Positions 17,830-26,687 of a DNA stretch of 64,000 nt are shown here, one piece after another. The stretch comes from an uncultured Candidatus Saccharibacteria bacterium (GTDB lineage Bacteria; Patescibacteriota; Minisyncoccia; Phycocordibacterales; UBA9973): NCBI GenBank assembly GCA_964484005.1, contig CAZADR010000001.1, positions 43,927 to 107,926 on the forward strand, in the 5' to 3' direction. The position numbers and the translations under genes are program-made. The stretch's first letter is position 1; each line of letters begins with the position of its first letter. The notes under the pieces are model-generated. The model searched no databases, was not told the DNA's origin, and saw nothing but the letters and a program-made list of their open reading frames with translations.

Positions 17830-19305
17830 ATGAAGCAAAAATCAATTGTTTTTACCCCAACTTTGTTTTACGAATATGCGATTTGTCCACACTGGATTTG
17901 GCACGATCGTTTCAGCGATCCGAAAGAAAAAGGCGAAATGCCCGAGCTATCTTTGCGGTTGTTTGAACAAGGTGTACTGCACGAAAAAGATTATATAAAA
18001 GACCTGATATTTACTCAAGTTAAAGCAGTTAATTTGAAGGTGGCGTTTACACAGACTATGAGCTTAATGCAAGCAGGTGCAGAGCTCATATATCAAGGAG
18101 TTATCCAATTTGAACAAGATGGCATTTTATATCAAGGCCGTCCCGATTTACTTAAAAAAGTATCGGGAAAATCTAAATTTGGAGATTACTATTACCAACC
18201 GATAGATATTAAATCAACAAAAGAGATAAAAACTGAACATGAATATCAGTTAATTTTTTACGGATTAGTTTTAAAACATGTTCAAGGAATATTCCCCAAT
18301 GAAGCAGCTATTATTAATAAAGATAAAAAAACTGTTTTGTTTTCAATGAGTGAGGAAGAACAACGAAAAACAATAGGGCATATGAAAGAAATTATAGCTG
18401 TTTTAGAGGGTAATAAACCACTCTTGAAATTGGTTTCCAGTTGCAAAGACAGCCCTTGGTATAAAAAATGCGTGTCTGAAGCGGAAGCCAAGAATGACAT
18501 TGCTTTACTATATCATTTGGACTCTCGAGCTTATCCAACCTTACGCGCTTATGGCATTAACACGGTAGCGGAAGCAGCTAATATGGATATTGCCACGCTC
18601 CCTAAAATTCCGTATGCTAGTCGGGAAACCTTGGAGAGAGTCAAGTTGCAAGCAGAGAGCCTTTTGGAAAACAAACTTAAGTGGATAGCCAAACCAGTAT
18701 TATCTAACGCCAAGTTGAAAATCTTTTTTGATATTGAAGGCGATCCACTATTGCAGACTCAATATATGTTTGGTTTTTGGATTTCTGGCGATCCAGAGTT
18801 TAAATATGCTCAAATTGGTCACGTTCGGAAACATAAAGACGAAGGTAAATACTTTCTATACTTTTTAGCCGAAGACCCAAGCGAAGAAGAAATGATGTGG
18901 AAACAATTTTTACAATGGCTGGATATTTTACCTAATGATGATTACGCAATATTTCACTATGCCAAATATGAAAAAATATGGACCCAAAAACTGAAGGAAA
19001 AATATGGCGGGTCCAAAAAGTTCACAGAGTTTCATTCAAAACTATTTGACCTAGAAGATGCACGCAAAGAATCAGTTATCTTTCCTCTTTATTTTTATTC
19101 CATTAAAGACATCGCTAAGTCAAAATTTGTCAATTTTAAGTGGCGACATGAGAAAGCAGGTGGCGCTCAGAGCATCTTTTGGTATGAAAAGTGGTTGGAA
19201 GAAGTGAATTGTGATGTTCTTAATGATATAATTGATTACAATGAAGATGACGTCAGAGCGACCGAGTTTTTCTATCTTTGGTTAAAAAACTATTGCATTT
19301 TTTGA
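17830..19305 (+). CDS. RecB-family nuclease of the TM0106 type with a C-terminal RNase-H-like (YprB-like) domain
   Basis: N-terminal Cys motif YEYAICPHWIWHD. GRPDLL (D), IDIKS (D-x-K) and QLIFYGLVL (QxxxY). The C-terminal FFDIEGDP segment resembles an RNase-H-fold exonuclease motif. Confidence 0.6.
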   Translation: MKQKSIVFTPTLFYEYAICPHWIWHDRFSDPKEKGEMPELSLRLFEQGVLHEKDYIKDLIFTQVKAVNLKVAFTQTMSLMQAGAELIYQGVIQFEQDGILYQGRPDLLKKVSGKSKFGDYYYQPIDIKSTKEIKTEHEYQLIFYGLVLKHVQGIFPNEAAIINKDKKTVLFSMSEEEQRKTIGHMKEIIAVLEGNKPLLKLVSSCKDSPWYKKCVSEAEAKNDIALLYHLDSRAYPTLRAYGINTVAEAANMDIATLPKIPYASRETLERVKLQAESLLENKLKWIAKPVLSNAKLKIFFDIEGDPLLQTQYMFGFWISGDPEFKYAQIGHVRKHKDEGKYFLYFLAEDPSEEEMMWKQFLQWLDILPNDDYAIFHYAKYEKIWTQKLKEKYGGSKKFTEFHSKLFDLEDARKESVIFPLYFYSIKDIAKSKFVNFKWRHEKAGGAQSIFWYEKWLEEVNCDVLNDIIDYNEDDVRATEFFYLWLKNYCIF

Positions 19306-19356
19306 CTTTTAATAAGTGTGGGGGTATACTAAATCCTGTTTTTAATTTTTAACCCA

Positions 19357-20766
19357 ATGCCGAATAAAAAAATAAAAAACTCAAAGAGACCACAGAAGAA
19401 TTGGAAAAAGTTTTGGAAGCTAGGAGCTGATGAATTTAACACTCAGTATTTTGGAGTGAATAAAGACGGCGAGCTCACTGCGACTGAAGGTCATCACATT
19501 TATAATTTAAATGACATAGCTCATAAATTTGGTACACCTCTCCAAGTTATTTTTCCTTTTATTATAGAAGACAGACTCAAGGACTTGATTGGATATTTCC
19601 AAGCCTATATGAAGATTTATGGCTATAAAGGAAAGTTCTTTTATCACTATCCAATGAAGGTAAACCAAAATAAAGAATTTATCCTTCCGCTTCTTTCTGA
19701 AGGCGCAAACTTGGAAGTAACTTCTGCTAACGAGCTTTGGTTGGTAAAAAAGCTTTGGGAAGGAGAAAAATTTAATAGTAAGATTCGAGTACTATGTAAC
19801 GGTCCAAAGACACATCAATATTTAGATTTGATAGAAGAATTACGAGGGAAGGGAATGAACATTGTGCCTATTATAGAATCCAACGAAGAGATAGAGAGAA
19901 TATTAAAACATAAAGGAGATGTAGGGGTGCGAATAGATATGGACATCAAGGCGGACACACACTGGGACAAGAAATTTGACCGTTTTGGTCTTTCAGAAAA
20001 AGATGTTTTGGGTTTGGGTAAAATAAAAAATTTAAAAATACTTCATTATCACCTTGGTTCACAAATAAAAACACAAAAAAGTATTTTAGATGGAATCAAG
20101 CATGCTTTTAGTATTTATACACAACTTCAAAAGACTCATCCTACTTTAGACACTTTGGATATTGGTGGGGGATTTGGTATTCCTTATGAAAAGAAAAAGT
20201 TTTATACCGCTAAGGGTGTTTCTAGTAAAATAATTAAAGTATTAAAAAATTTGTCAGATAAGGCTGGTATTAGACATCCAAACCTAGCAGTAGAATGGGG
20301 ACAATATATAGTGGCTCCTGCACAGATAACGATCTACAAAGTTATTTCTAAAAAAATAATTCCAAAAGCCAACGCCAGAGCTTGGTACATTGTAGATGGA
20401 AGTTTCATGAATGATCTCAAGGATACTTGGGCGATACACCAGAAATGGCACATTATACCTGCAAACAATATGCATGGTGCACTGAAGACCGTGTGGCTCG
20501 CTGGGAGTACTTGTGACTCGGATGATAAATATACAGCTGGAGGAAATTATATTTTAATGCCAAAGCTTCATAATGAAAAAGAAGATCAGCTAGTGGCTAT
20601 CTTTGATACAGGCGCATACCAAGACGGACTCGCTTCTCATCACTGCCTACTCGCAGCACCTCTTAAGATAATAGCTCAGGACGGAATGATAAAAATTGCT
20701 CGTAAGCGTGAAAATGCTGAATCTATTGGTAAACTTTTTGGTTGGACTAATGGAGATCATAAATAA
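19357..20766 (+). CDS. speA: PLP-dependent Orn/DAP/Arg decarboxylase-family enzyme, most like a short biosynthetic arginine decarboxylase
   Basis: FGTPLQVIF, HYPMKVNQN, EVTSANEL, HYHLGSQI...LDIGGGFGIPY and GSTCDSDD motifs match the fold-III decarboxylase / SpeA pattern. Confidence 0.6.
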   Translation: MPNKKIKNSKRPQKNWKKFWKLGADEFNTQYFGVNKDGELTATEGHHIYNLNDIAHKFGTPLQVIFPFIIEDRLKDLIGYFQAYMKIYGYKGKFFYHYPMKVNQNKEFILPLLSEGANLEVTSANELWLVKKLWEGEKFNSKIRVLCNGPKTHQYLDLIEELRGKGMNIVPIIESNEEIERILKHKGDVGVRIDMDIKADTHWDKKFDRFGLSEKDVLGLGKIKNLKILHYHLGSQIKTQKSILDGIKHAFSIYTQLQKTHPTLDTLDIGGGFGIPYEKKKFYTAKGVSSKIIKVLKNLSDKAGIRHPNLAVEWGQYIVAPAQITIYKVISKKIIPKANARAWYIVDGSFMNDLKDTWAIHQKWHIIPANNMHGALKTVWLAGSTCDSDDKYTAGGNYILMPKLHNEKEDQLVAIFDTGAYQDGLASHHCLLAAPLKIIAQDGMIKIARKRENAESIGKLFGWTNGDHK

Positions 20767-20769
20767 AAT

Positions 20770-21243
20770 ATGAAAAATTTTAAACAGCTATTTTCTCACG
20801 ATTCGCGTTCTATCTTTTTTAAGATTTCCTTTTTTTTAGTTATTTTTTTATTTTTTATTTTTTATTTTTCTCAAAAATCTGGAGAGATTAAAATAGTAAA
20901 AATTGCAGGGCAGGAAATAAGGGTAGAATTAGCAAGAACACCAGAAGCTCAACAGCAAGGGTTGAGTGGCAGAGAAAGCTTAGAGGATAATACTGGAATG
21001 TTGTTTGTTTTTGAAAACCCAGGTATATATTATTTTTGGATGAAAGACATGAAATTTCCCATTGACATGATTTGGATTAATGAAGAACAAAAAGTGGTTC
21101 ATATAAAAAAGAATGCAAAACCAGAATCATTTCCTGAAAGTTTTGGAAATGATGAAAATGCAAAATATGTTTTAGAAATTCCTGCCGGTTTTTCTGATAC
21201 GAATAATCTAAAAGAAGGGGACAGTGTTATTTTTACATATTAG
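20770..21243 (+). CDS. DUF192 (COG1430) domain protein with an N-terminal membrane anchor
   Basis: ELARTPEAQQQGLSGRESLEDNTGMLFVF...FWMKDMKFPIDMIW matches the DUF192 signature. Confidence 0.7.
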   Translation: MKNFKQLFSHDSRSIFFKISFFLVIFLFFIFYFSQKSGEIKIVKIAGQEIRVELARTPEAQQQGLSGRESLEDNTGMLFVFENPGIYYFWMKDMKFPIDMIWINEEQKVVHIKKNAKPESFPESFGNDENAKYVLEIPAGFSDTNNLKEGDSVIFTY

Positions 21244-21257
21244 AAATTTAGCAAAAG

Positions 21258-21295
21258 AAAATCCCCCACTTTTGGTAGGGGATTTTCGTTTTTTA
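21258..21295 (+). terminator. Rho-independent terminator
   Basis: aatccccc-acttttggta-ggggatt followed by ttcgtttttt. Confidence 0.5.
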
Positions 21296-21297
21296 CA

Positions 21298-21709
21298 GGT
21301 ATCTATAAGCCGAATTTTGTATTTAATGCCAAAGCATTATAGATAGCAATTTATCTAGGCCTGAAATTGCTCTCAGGCTCAAGCGATTCTCCCCCACACC
21401 TTTCGGAATGATGCGCATTTGCGCGTTGCTTTTAGCAACTTCATTCTGAAAGGTGTGGGGGCACGATCTTGCACAGAGGTAAGGGTTTAGCCGTTTCACC
21501 CTTCGACTTCGCTCAGGGCAAGCCCTAAGTTTATATGAAGATTTATCCATTTCTGGATACCCTAACCCTTTCGAGTTAAGACGTCTCTGCTCGCACCTAT
21601 GTATCACTACATACGGGGGTTACCCGCTACCATTCCCATCTCTTTCGAGACTCGCTGTGTTCGGACTTTCCTCTATATAGCTTGCGCCATATAGTAGCTA
21701 TCCGATACC
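21298..21709 (-). ncRNA. rnpB: RNase P RNA, bacterial type A, with an extended perfect hairpin insertion
   Basis: The minus strand carries AGGAAAGTCCGAAC (P4 5' strand), AGCGGGTAACCCCCG, AAGGGTGAAACGGC, GCTTGAG and GCAATTTCAGGCCTAGATAAATTGC (the CCUAGAUGAAUG region), and ACAAAATTCGGCTTA (P4 3' strand). A P1 pairing ggtatc/gatacc joins the ends. Confidence 0.8.
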
Positions 21710-21816
21710 TGCAAGGGTATTATACAACGCTTGCTTTATTTATTCAAGTATGATATACTATGTTTGTGAGTGTGAGGTTGTTCTCACATTTTTAAATAGA
21801 CAACATAAGTGCCGCA

Positions 21817-21848
21817 AAAGACGCCCCTCGGGGCGTCTTTTGTTTTGT
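21817..21848. terminator. GC-rich hairpin with a U-tract between the rnpB 5' side and the next plus-strand gene
   Basis: aaagacgcccc-tcg-gggcgtcttt followed by tgttttg. Confidence 0.4.
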
Positions 21849-21893
21849 ATGGGCTTAACTTGCAGAACAGGGTGAGGGTGTTATAATTTAAGT

Positions 21894-22106
21894 ATGAAAA
21901 TAGAATCATCGAATTTAAACGAGAATATTAATTGGACCAAGACTTACAGGAAGCTAATAGAGGATTTGCGAACTAGAGCTAAACAGGAAGGAAGAAACCC
22001 AGATCAAGTGGTGAGAGAGCTTAGCGAAGAAGCTCAAAAAGACTTAGTTTCAAAGCAAGCACTCGAAGAAACATCTCTTAGTGTAGCGAAAGGGCTAAAT
22101 CATTAA
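21894..22106 (+). CDS. Small hypothetical protein (70 aa)
   Basis: ORF only, charged and helical. Confidence 0.3.
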   Translation: MKIESSNLNENINWTKTYRKLIEDLRTRAKQEGRNPDQVVRELSEEAQKDLVSKQALEETSLSVAKGLNH

Positions 22107-22134
22107 TATTTAAAAAATAAAGAATAAATACATC

Positions 22135-23727
22135 ATGTTGAAAAAAATAAATTTCTCTAGCACAGGTAAACTTCTTCTTTTTTTATTTATAATTTTACCT
22201 TTTCTTTTTCAAGGAAATACTCAAACTTTCGGACAAACTGTTTCGGGTTGTACTTCTTCTGGACCATATAACACGATTACAGGCGAACTTTGTAATACTG
22301 GAACTGCGAGTGGGTGTCTCCCTGGTTATTTATTTAGCTCAACGACAGGTAAGCTTTGTCCAGTTGTAACTTCTACCACTCCACCATCAACTCCTTCTGT
22401 GGGTTCTTTGGCAACCTTGAACTATGTAAAAGATTTATTGAGAATTAGATCTACATATCAATATCCTCAATTTATATATGGAGCTACTGTGGCAAATAAC
22501 AAATTTATATTTAGAGGGAAAGGTTGTTTGCAAAATATGGCAAATACGGGTACTGGTGGAGGTGTGTGGATTGCATCAGAAGATGGTTCCACTATTACTG
22601 AAAGAGATACTTGCATGGATGCTGGTGCGCCACAAAGAAATAGAGGTGCTTCTTTTCACGGACAGACTACTTCTGGTAATATCTTTTTAAACTGGAGTGG
22701 AGATGGATTTGTTAAGGAAAATATTTCTGCCGGTCCCGAAGAGGCAAATCACGCTGTGTATTATAGTAAAGCTGGAATTCCTAGATCATCTTCTCCTTTG
22801 CACCTTTATAATAATGATTTAATTGTTTTAAAAAATAGAATACTTGCACCCAATTCTCGTAGGGATTATTCTTCCCGTGATTTAATAAGCTTGCCCGACT
22901 GGAAACTTATTGGGACTGCCGCTGTTCCTTCCGGATTTGAAGGAAGAAGTTTTTCTGGTTTTGGTTTTGGTGATTTTATGGTTTATCCTGTTGATGGATC
23001 TCTTTTCTCAGTTTCCAAAACTGGTGAAATTAAAAAAATCAAAAATCTTCCAAGTGCTGAACATATTTATCGTATTGGAAATTCCTTAAGTTATGGTTTT
23101 GACTATTCCACGACACCAGCAAAGCTTGCTGTTATGGAGGTCAATAGATCATATGTTGTGGGTCAACAATTTGCTAATAATCGTAAAATATCCGTTTACA
23201 AGCTTTCTTTGGGTGGTGTAACTTTAGACAAAGTAATTAATCTTCCAGATGATGATGCTTTTCCATCAGTGAGAGGAGATTATGCTTTGAACAGTTTTGG
23301 AATTTGGGGTGATTATGTTGTAGTAGGAGCTCAGGATAGAAGTTATAAGTTCCACGAACTTCAACTTTGGAAGGGGGGTCAAAAAATACACACTCTTACA
23401 ATAAACAACGAAGCTGCTCCAGACCACATATTAATTTCTAAAAATGGATATGTGGCAACTTCAATGTGGTCAAGTACATTTAAAGTTCTTGGAGAATTAA
23501 ATGATGATGGACAACCTAAAACTGAAGGAGGAACAGCAGCCATTCTTTATAAAATTAAAGTACCTACCTCAAATACAATTCCAATTCCAGGGCCAGGAGG
23601 CATTCCGGTGGATGTAAATTGTGACAATGCTTCAGGTAGCTTGGCTGATCTTTGTAAGCAGTATAAAGAGATATTAAGAAAAACCTGTCTTGTGGCTCCA
23701 AATATTGCTATTTGTCAGAATCAGTAA
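22135..23727 (+). CDS. Secreted hypothetical protein (530 aa) with an N-terminal Cys-spaced repeat
   Basis: Signal peptide. Repeats CTSSGPYNTITGELC / CLPGYLFSSTTGKLC. No enzymatic motif recognised. Confidence 0.55.
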   Translation: MLKKINFSSTGKLLLFLFIILPFLFQGNTQTFGQTVSGCTSSGPYNTITGELCNTGTASGCLPGYLFSSTTGKLCPVVTSTTPPSTPSVGSLATLNYVKDLLRIRSTYQYPQFIYGATVANNKFIFRGKGCLQNMANTGTGGGVWIASEDGSTITERDTCMDAGAPQRNRGASFHGQTTSGNIFLNWSGDGFVKENISAGPEEANHAVYYSKAGIPRSSSPLHLYNNDLIVLKNRILAPNSRRDYSSRDLISLPDWKLIGTAAVPSGFEGRSFSGFGFGDFMVYPVDGSLFSVSKTGEIKKIKNLPSAEHIYRIGNSLSYGFDYSTTPAKLAVMEVNRSYVVGQQFANNRKISVYKLSLGGVTLDKVINLPDDDAFPSVRGDYALNSFGIWGDYVVVGAQDRSYKFHELQLWKGGQKIHTLTINNEAAPDHILISKNGYVATSMWSSTFKVLGELNDDGQPKTEGGTAAILYKIKVPTSNTIPIPGPGGIPVDVNCDNASGSLADLCKQYKEILRKTCLVAPNIAICQNQ

Positions 23728-23742
23728 AAGTTAACATAATTA

Positions 23743-23774
23743 AAAACACCCTGTTTAAACAGGGTGTTTTTAAT
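23743..23774. terminator. Bidirectional terminator between the 530-aa gene (+) and tRNA-Ala (-)
   Basis: aacaccctg-tttaaa-cagggtgtt flanked by T/A runs on both sides. Confidence 0.55.
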
Positions 23775-23776
23775 TA

Positions 23777-23852
23777 TGGTGGACCTGAGGAGACTCGAAC
23801 TCCTTACCCCCTCATTGCAAATGAGGTGCTCTACCAGATGAGCTACAGGCCC
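23777..23852 (-). tRNA. tRNA-Ala (anticodon UGC), CCA encoded
   Basis: The reverse complement reads GGGCCTGTAGCTCATCTGGTAGAGCACCTCATTTGCAATGAGG...GGAGTTCGAGTCTCCTCAGGTCCACCA. Confidence 0.9.
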
Positions 23853-23934
23853 TTAAGAACACAAAGATATTCTAACTTATTTTACCAATAATGCAAATCT
23901 TTTGGATATCTTTTTTATAGTGTACAATTGCGAA

Positions 23935-24969
23935 ATGCGTTATAAATTCTTTACTAATTCTGAAAAGGCCTGGCGAGCTATGTTTGATGTTATAAAAGAC
24001 GCAAAAAAGTCTGTCTATCTCGAGATGTATATTTTTGAAAATAACATGGTGCAATACGACTTTTTGATGTTATTAAAGAAAAAAGCTGAAAGTGGAACTC
24101 GGGTGAGGATAGTGTTAGATTCTTTTGGAAGTGCTGGATTAAATAAAATAGATATAGCTTCTTTGAAGGAAAGTGGTGCAGAGATTTTTTTCTTTAGTCA
24201 TTTTTTACACAGAATACACCGAAAGATTTTGGTGATTGATGAAAAGATTGCTTTTATAGGCGGAGTAAATTTTCACCAAATTTCTAGACGTTGGAATGAT
24301 TTGACGGTACAAGTAAAAGAGGGGAAACTCGTATTGTCTATTATTGGGTCTTTTGCGAAGGTGTACAGAGAGTGCGGAGGAAGGGATCCAATAATTCTTG
24401 CTCAAAACAAAAGTTTGGTTTTAGATAAGACACACACTTGGCTGATAGAACATTTTCCAATAAGAAACAAAGCAAGTTTGAAAAGGATTTATAAGAAAAA
24501 TATAAGAAAAGCGCAGATGAATATAATTTTAGCGACTCCTTATTTTATGCCTAGGCATTGGATGATAGCAGTTCTTCACCAAGCAGTCTTGCGAGGTGTA
24601 AGGGTGGAGGTTTTGGTACCCAGAATTACAAATCATTACTGGGTAAATCGTGTTAATTATTTTTTTATGTTTAAACTTTCGAAACTTGGAATTAATTTCT
24701 ATTTAGAACCAAAAATGAATCATGCCAAAGTTATGGTTGTTGATAATAAAGAAGGGATTATGGGTTCTCATAATTTAGATTTTCTTTCTTTTGAAATAAA
24801 CTCTGAAGTCGGGATATTTTTAAAAGATAAAGATGCAGTACAAAAGCTCGTGCAAATCATGACAGATTGGAAAAAAGATGCAGTTCTTTTTGATGCCCCA
24901 AATTATAAGCCTAAAATTATAGATTATATTTTGTCTCCAATAATTAGTCTTTTCTTGAAGATTTTCTAA
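23935..24969 (+). CDS. Phospholipase-D-family protein with two HKD motifs (cardiolipin-synthase / Nuc-like)
   Basis: HRKILVIDEKIAFIGGVNF and HAKVMVVDNKEGIMGSHNLD, i.e. two HxK(x)4D(x)6G motifs. Start moved to an internal Met. Confidence 0.75.
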   Translation: MRYKFFTNSEKAWRAMFDVIKDAKKSVYLEMYIFENNMVQYDFLMLLKKKAESGTRVRIVLDSFGSAGLNKIDIASLKESGAEIFFFSHFLHRIHRKILVIDEKIAFIGGVNFHQISRRWNDLTVQVKEGKLVLSIIGSFAKVYRECGGRDPIILAQNKSLVLDKTHTWLIEHFPIRNKASLKRIYKKNIRKAQMNIILATPYFMPRHWMIAVLHQAVLRGVRVEVLVPRITNHYWVNRVNYFFMFKLSKLGINFYLEPKMNHAKVMVVDNKEGIMGSHNLDFLSFEINSEVGIFLKDKDAVQKLVQIMTDWKKDAVLFDAPNYKPKIIDYILSPIISLFLKIF

Positions 24970-25022
24970 GACAATAATAATTGTTTGTTTTTTGTTAGAT
25001 TTCTGTTAATATGACTATATAT

Positions 25023-25096
25023 TCCGGGGTAGCTCAGCGGTAGAGCGGTCGCCTGTTAAGCGATTGGTCGTAGGTTCGATCCCTACCCCCGGAGCA
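25023..25096 (+). tRNA. tRNA-Asn (anticodon GUU); serves as an integration site
   Basis: TCCGGGGTAGCTCAGCGGTAGAGCGGTCGCCTGTTAAGCGAT...GTAGGTTCGATCCCTACCCCCGGAGCA. The last 14 nt overlap the 3' end of the serine recombinase ORF on the opposite strand. Confidence 0.9.
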
Positions 25097-26642
25097 ATGT
25101 TTTGTATTTAGTGCTATTTTCACTTTTTACCTTACTGGTATTAGGTTTTTTGAGTTCGAATTTATTTTGAGCGTCAATTCTCTCTTGAATCCTCTTTGAA
25201 ATCTTTTTTACTGAACTCTTTAAAACAGTATCAGCTTTCTTGTCTTTCAAGATTAGGTTCGCGAAAATGTGAGATAAGAGCAACCGGCGTTCTTCTGGGC
25301 TTCTCTTTTCGTATATTTCTCTGGCCCGGCGTGCGAGATCCAAGATGTTTATATACAACTCAAAATATTTTGTTTCCTCGTTCTTCAACTTGGTTATTTG
25401 ATTTTGGATTTCAGCTTGCTCGGTGTTTATCTCTTTCTGCTTCGCTTCCCACCTTTCTTGGGTTATTTTTTCGGACAATCTGTCATTGTAGAGTATATCC
25501 AGTTGCCTCTGTAAAGCGTTATAGCGAAGATCTAGGGCTTTAAGAGTATTTTCCTTGTATTCGGATTCTAGCTTATGATCTGCCTTAATTTTGTCCCTTA
25601 TGAGGTCTGCCTCTTTTTCAGTTATATTCTCAAAGAAACGGAATGCTCCTATCAAGGAAACATCCAGATCAGTTTCTTTAGTCATTCCTTTTTGGGAACA
25701 GGGCCGGTTGTGTTTGCAAGAATAATAAACAATTCCTTTTTGTATCTCACCACTTATTGAACCTCCACATTCTCCACACTCAATCATTTTACTGAACTGA
25801 AAGGTATGTCTTTTGTAATGCGGTGATTTACCTCGTGTAAGTGTAAATTGCACCTTATCAAAAAGCTCCTTCGATACCAACGGTTCGTGCTTTCCGTTAT
25901 GCACAAAATCGTTCCATCTTAATAATCCCATATAAAATGGGTCGCGTAGTATATCTTCCAATCTACTCTTTGAGAGCTTACTACCATTTCTAGTTCTTAA
26001 TCCATCCTCATATAATTTTTCCCGCAAACCAGTTAGAGAGTAATTTCTGGTTGCGTAATACTCAAATGCTTTCTTGATAAAGCGACTTTTATCTTCATCT
26101 ATGATATGAATTTTGTGTCCCTTTTCACCGATCGTTTTATATCCTATTGGAGGTTTTGCCGGTAGCCATCCCTGTGCAATTTTTTCTTTCTGACCCTTTT
26201 TAACTTCTTCCGAAAGATTAGAAATATACTTCTTCGCAAGGACTATTTCAATATCCCAACGAAACTTCTCGTCTGATTTGGCGTATCTGTGTATTACTAG
26301 ATTTTGTTTCACGAAATGTATCTGGTGTTTTTCGTCTGCCTCTATCCAATCATTCGCAGTTATTGCGTCCACAAAATTTCTTGTAAGACGATCCACCTTT
26401 TCACAAAGTAAAATAGGAACATCTTTCTTTTTTAGATATTCCATCATTTCCCCGAATATCTTTCTTTGCTTTGCGCCACTAGCAGATTCTGCCGGAGCGA
26501 ATGACCTAACTACCTCAAAACCTTTCCTGTTTGCATATTCTACAAGCAACTTCTCTTGGGAGGGCAAAGAATAACCAGTTTCTTCTTGTTCCTTTGAGGA
26601 TACTCTGCAATAAATTACGCATTTGATTCTAGTTAGATTCAT
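25083..26642 (-). CDS. Large serine recombinase (integrase), copy 1; C-terminus encoded within the tRNA-Asn 3' end
   Basis: VIYCRVSSKEQEETGYSLPSQ catalytic Ser region. DRLTRN. C-terminal zinc-ribbon and coiled-coil typical of large serine recombinases. The stop codon TAG lies at 25083-25085 inside the tRNA. Confidence 0.85.
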   Translation of the reverse strand: MNLTRIKCVIYCRVSSKEQEETGYSLPSQEKLLVEYANRKGFEVVRSFAPAESASGAKQRKIFGEMMEYLKKKDVPILLCEKVDRLTRNFVDAITANDWIEADEKHQIHFVKQNLVIHRYAKSDEKFRWDIEIVLAKKYISNLSEEVKKGQKEKIAQGWLPAKPPIGYKTIGEKGHKIHIIDEDKSRFIKKAFEYYATRNYSLTGLREKLYEDGLRTRNGSKLSKSRLEDILRDPFYMGLLRWNDFVHNGKHEPLVSKELFDKVQFTLTRGKSPHYKRHTFQFSKMIECGECGGSISGEIQKGIVYYSCKHNRPCSQKGMTKETDLDVSLIGAFRFFENITEKEADLIRDKIKADHKLESEYKENTLKALDLRYNALQRQLDILYNDRLSEKITQERWEAKQKEINTEQAEIQNQITKLKNEETKYFELYINILDLARRAREIYEKRSPEERRLLLSHIFANLILKDKKADTVLKSSVKKISKRIQERIDAQNKFELKKPNTSKVKSENSTKYKTLLRG

Positions 26643-26687
26643 ACATTTTTATTATACAATTAAAGTTGATAATCTCAAAAATAGTTT

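Noticed and set aside
21323-21607. 94-aa ORF on the minus strand
   Set aside because: It lies entirely within the RNase P RNA gene. GC-rich structured RNA produces spurious open frames.
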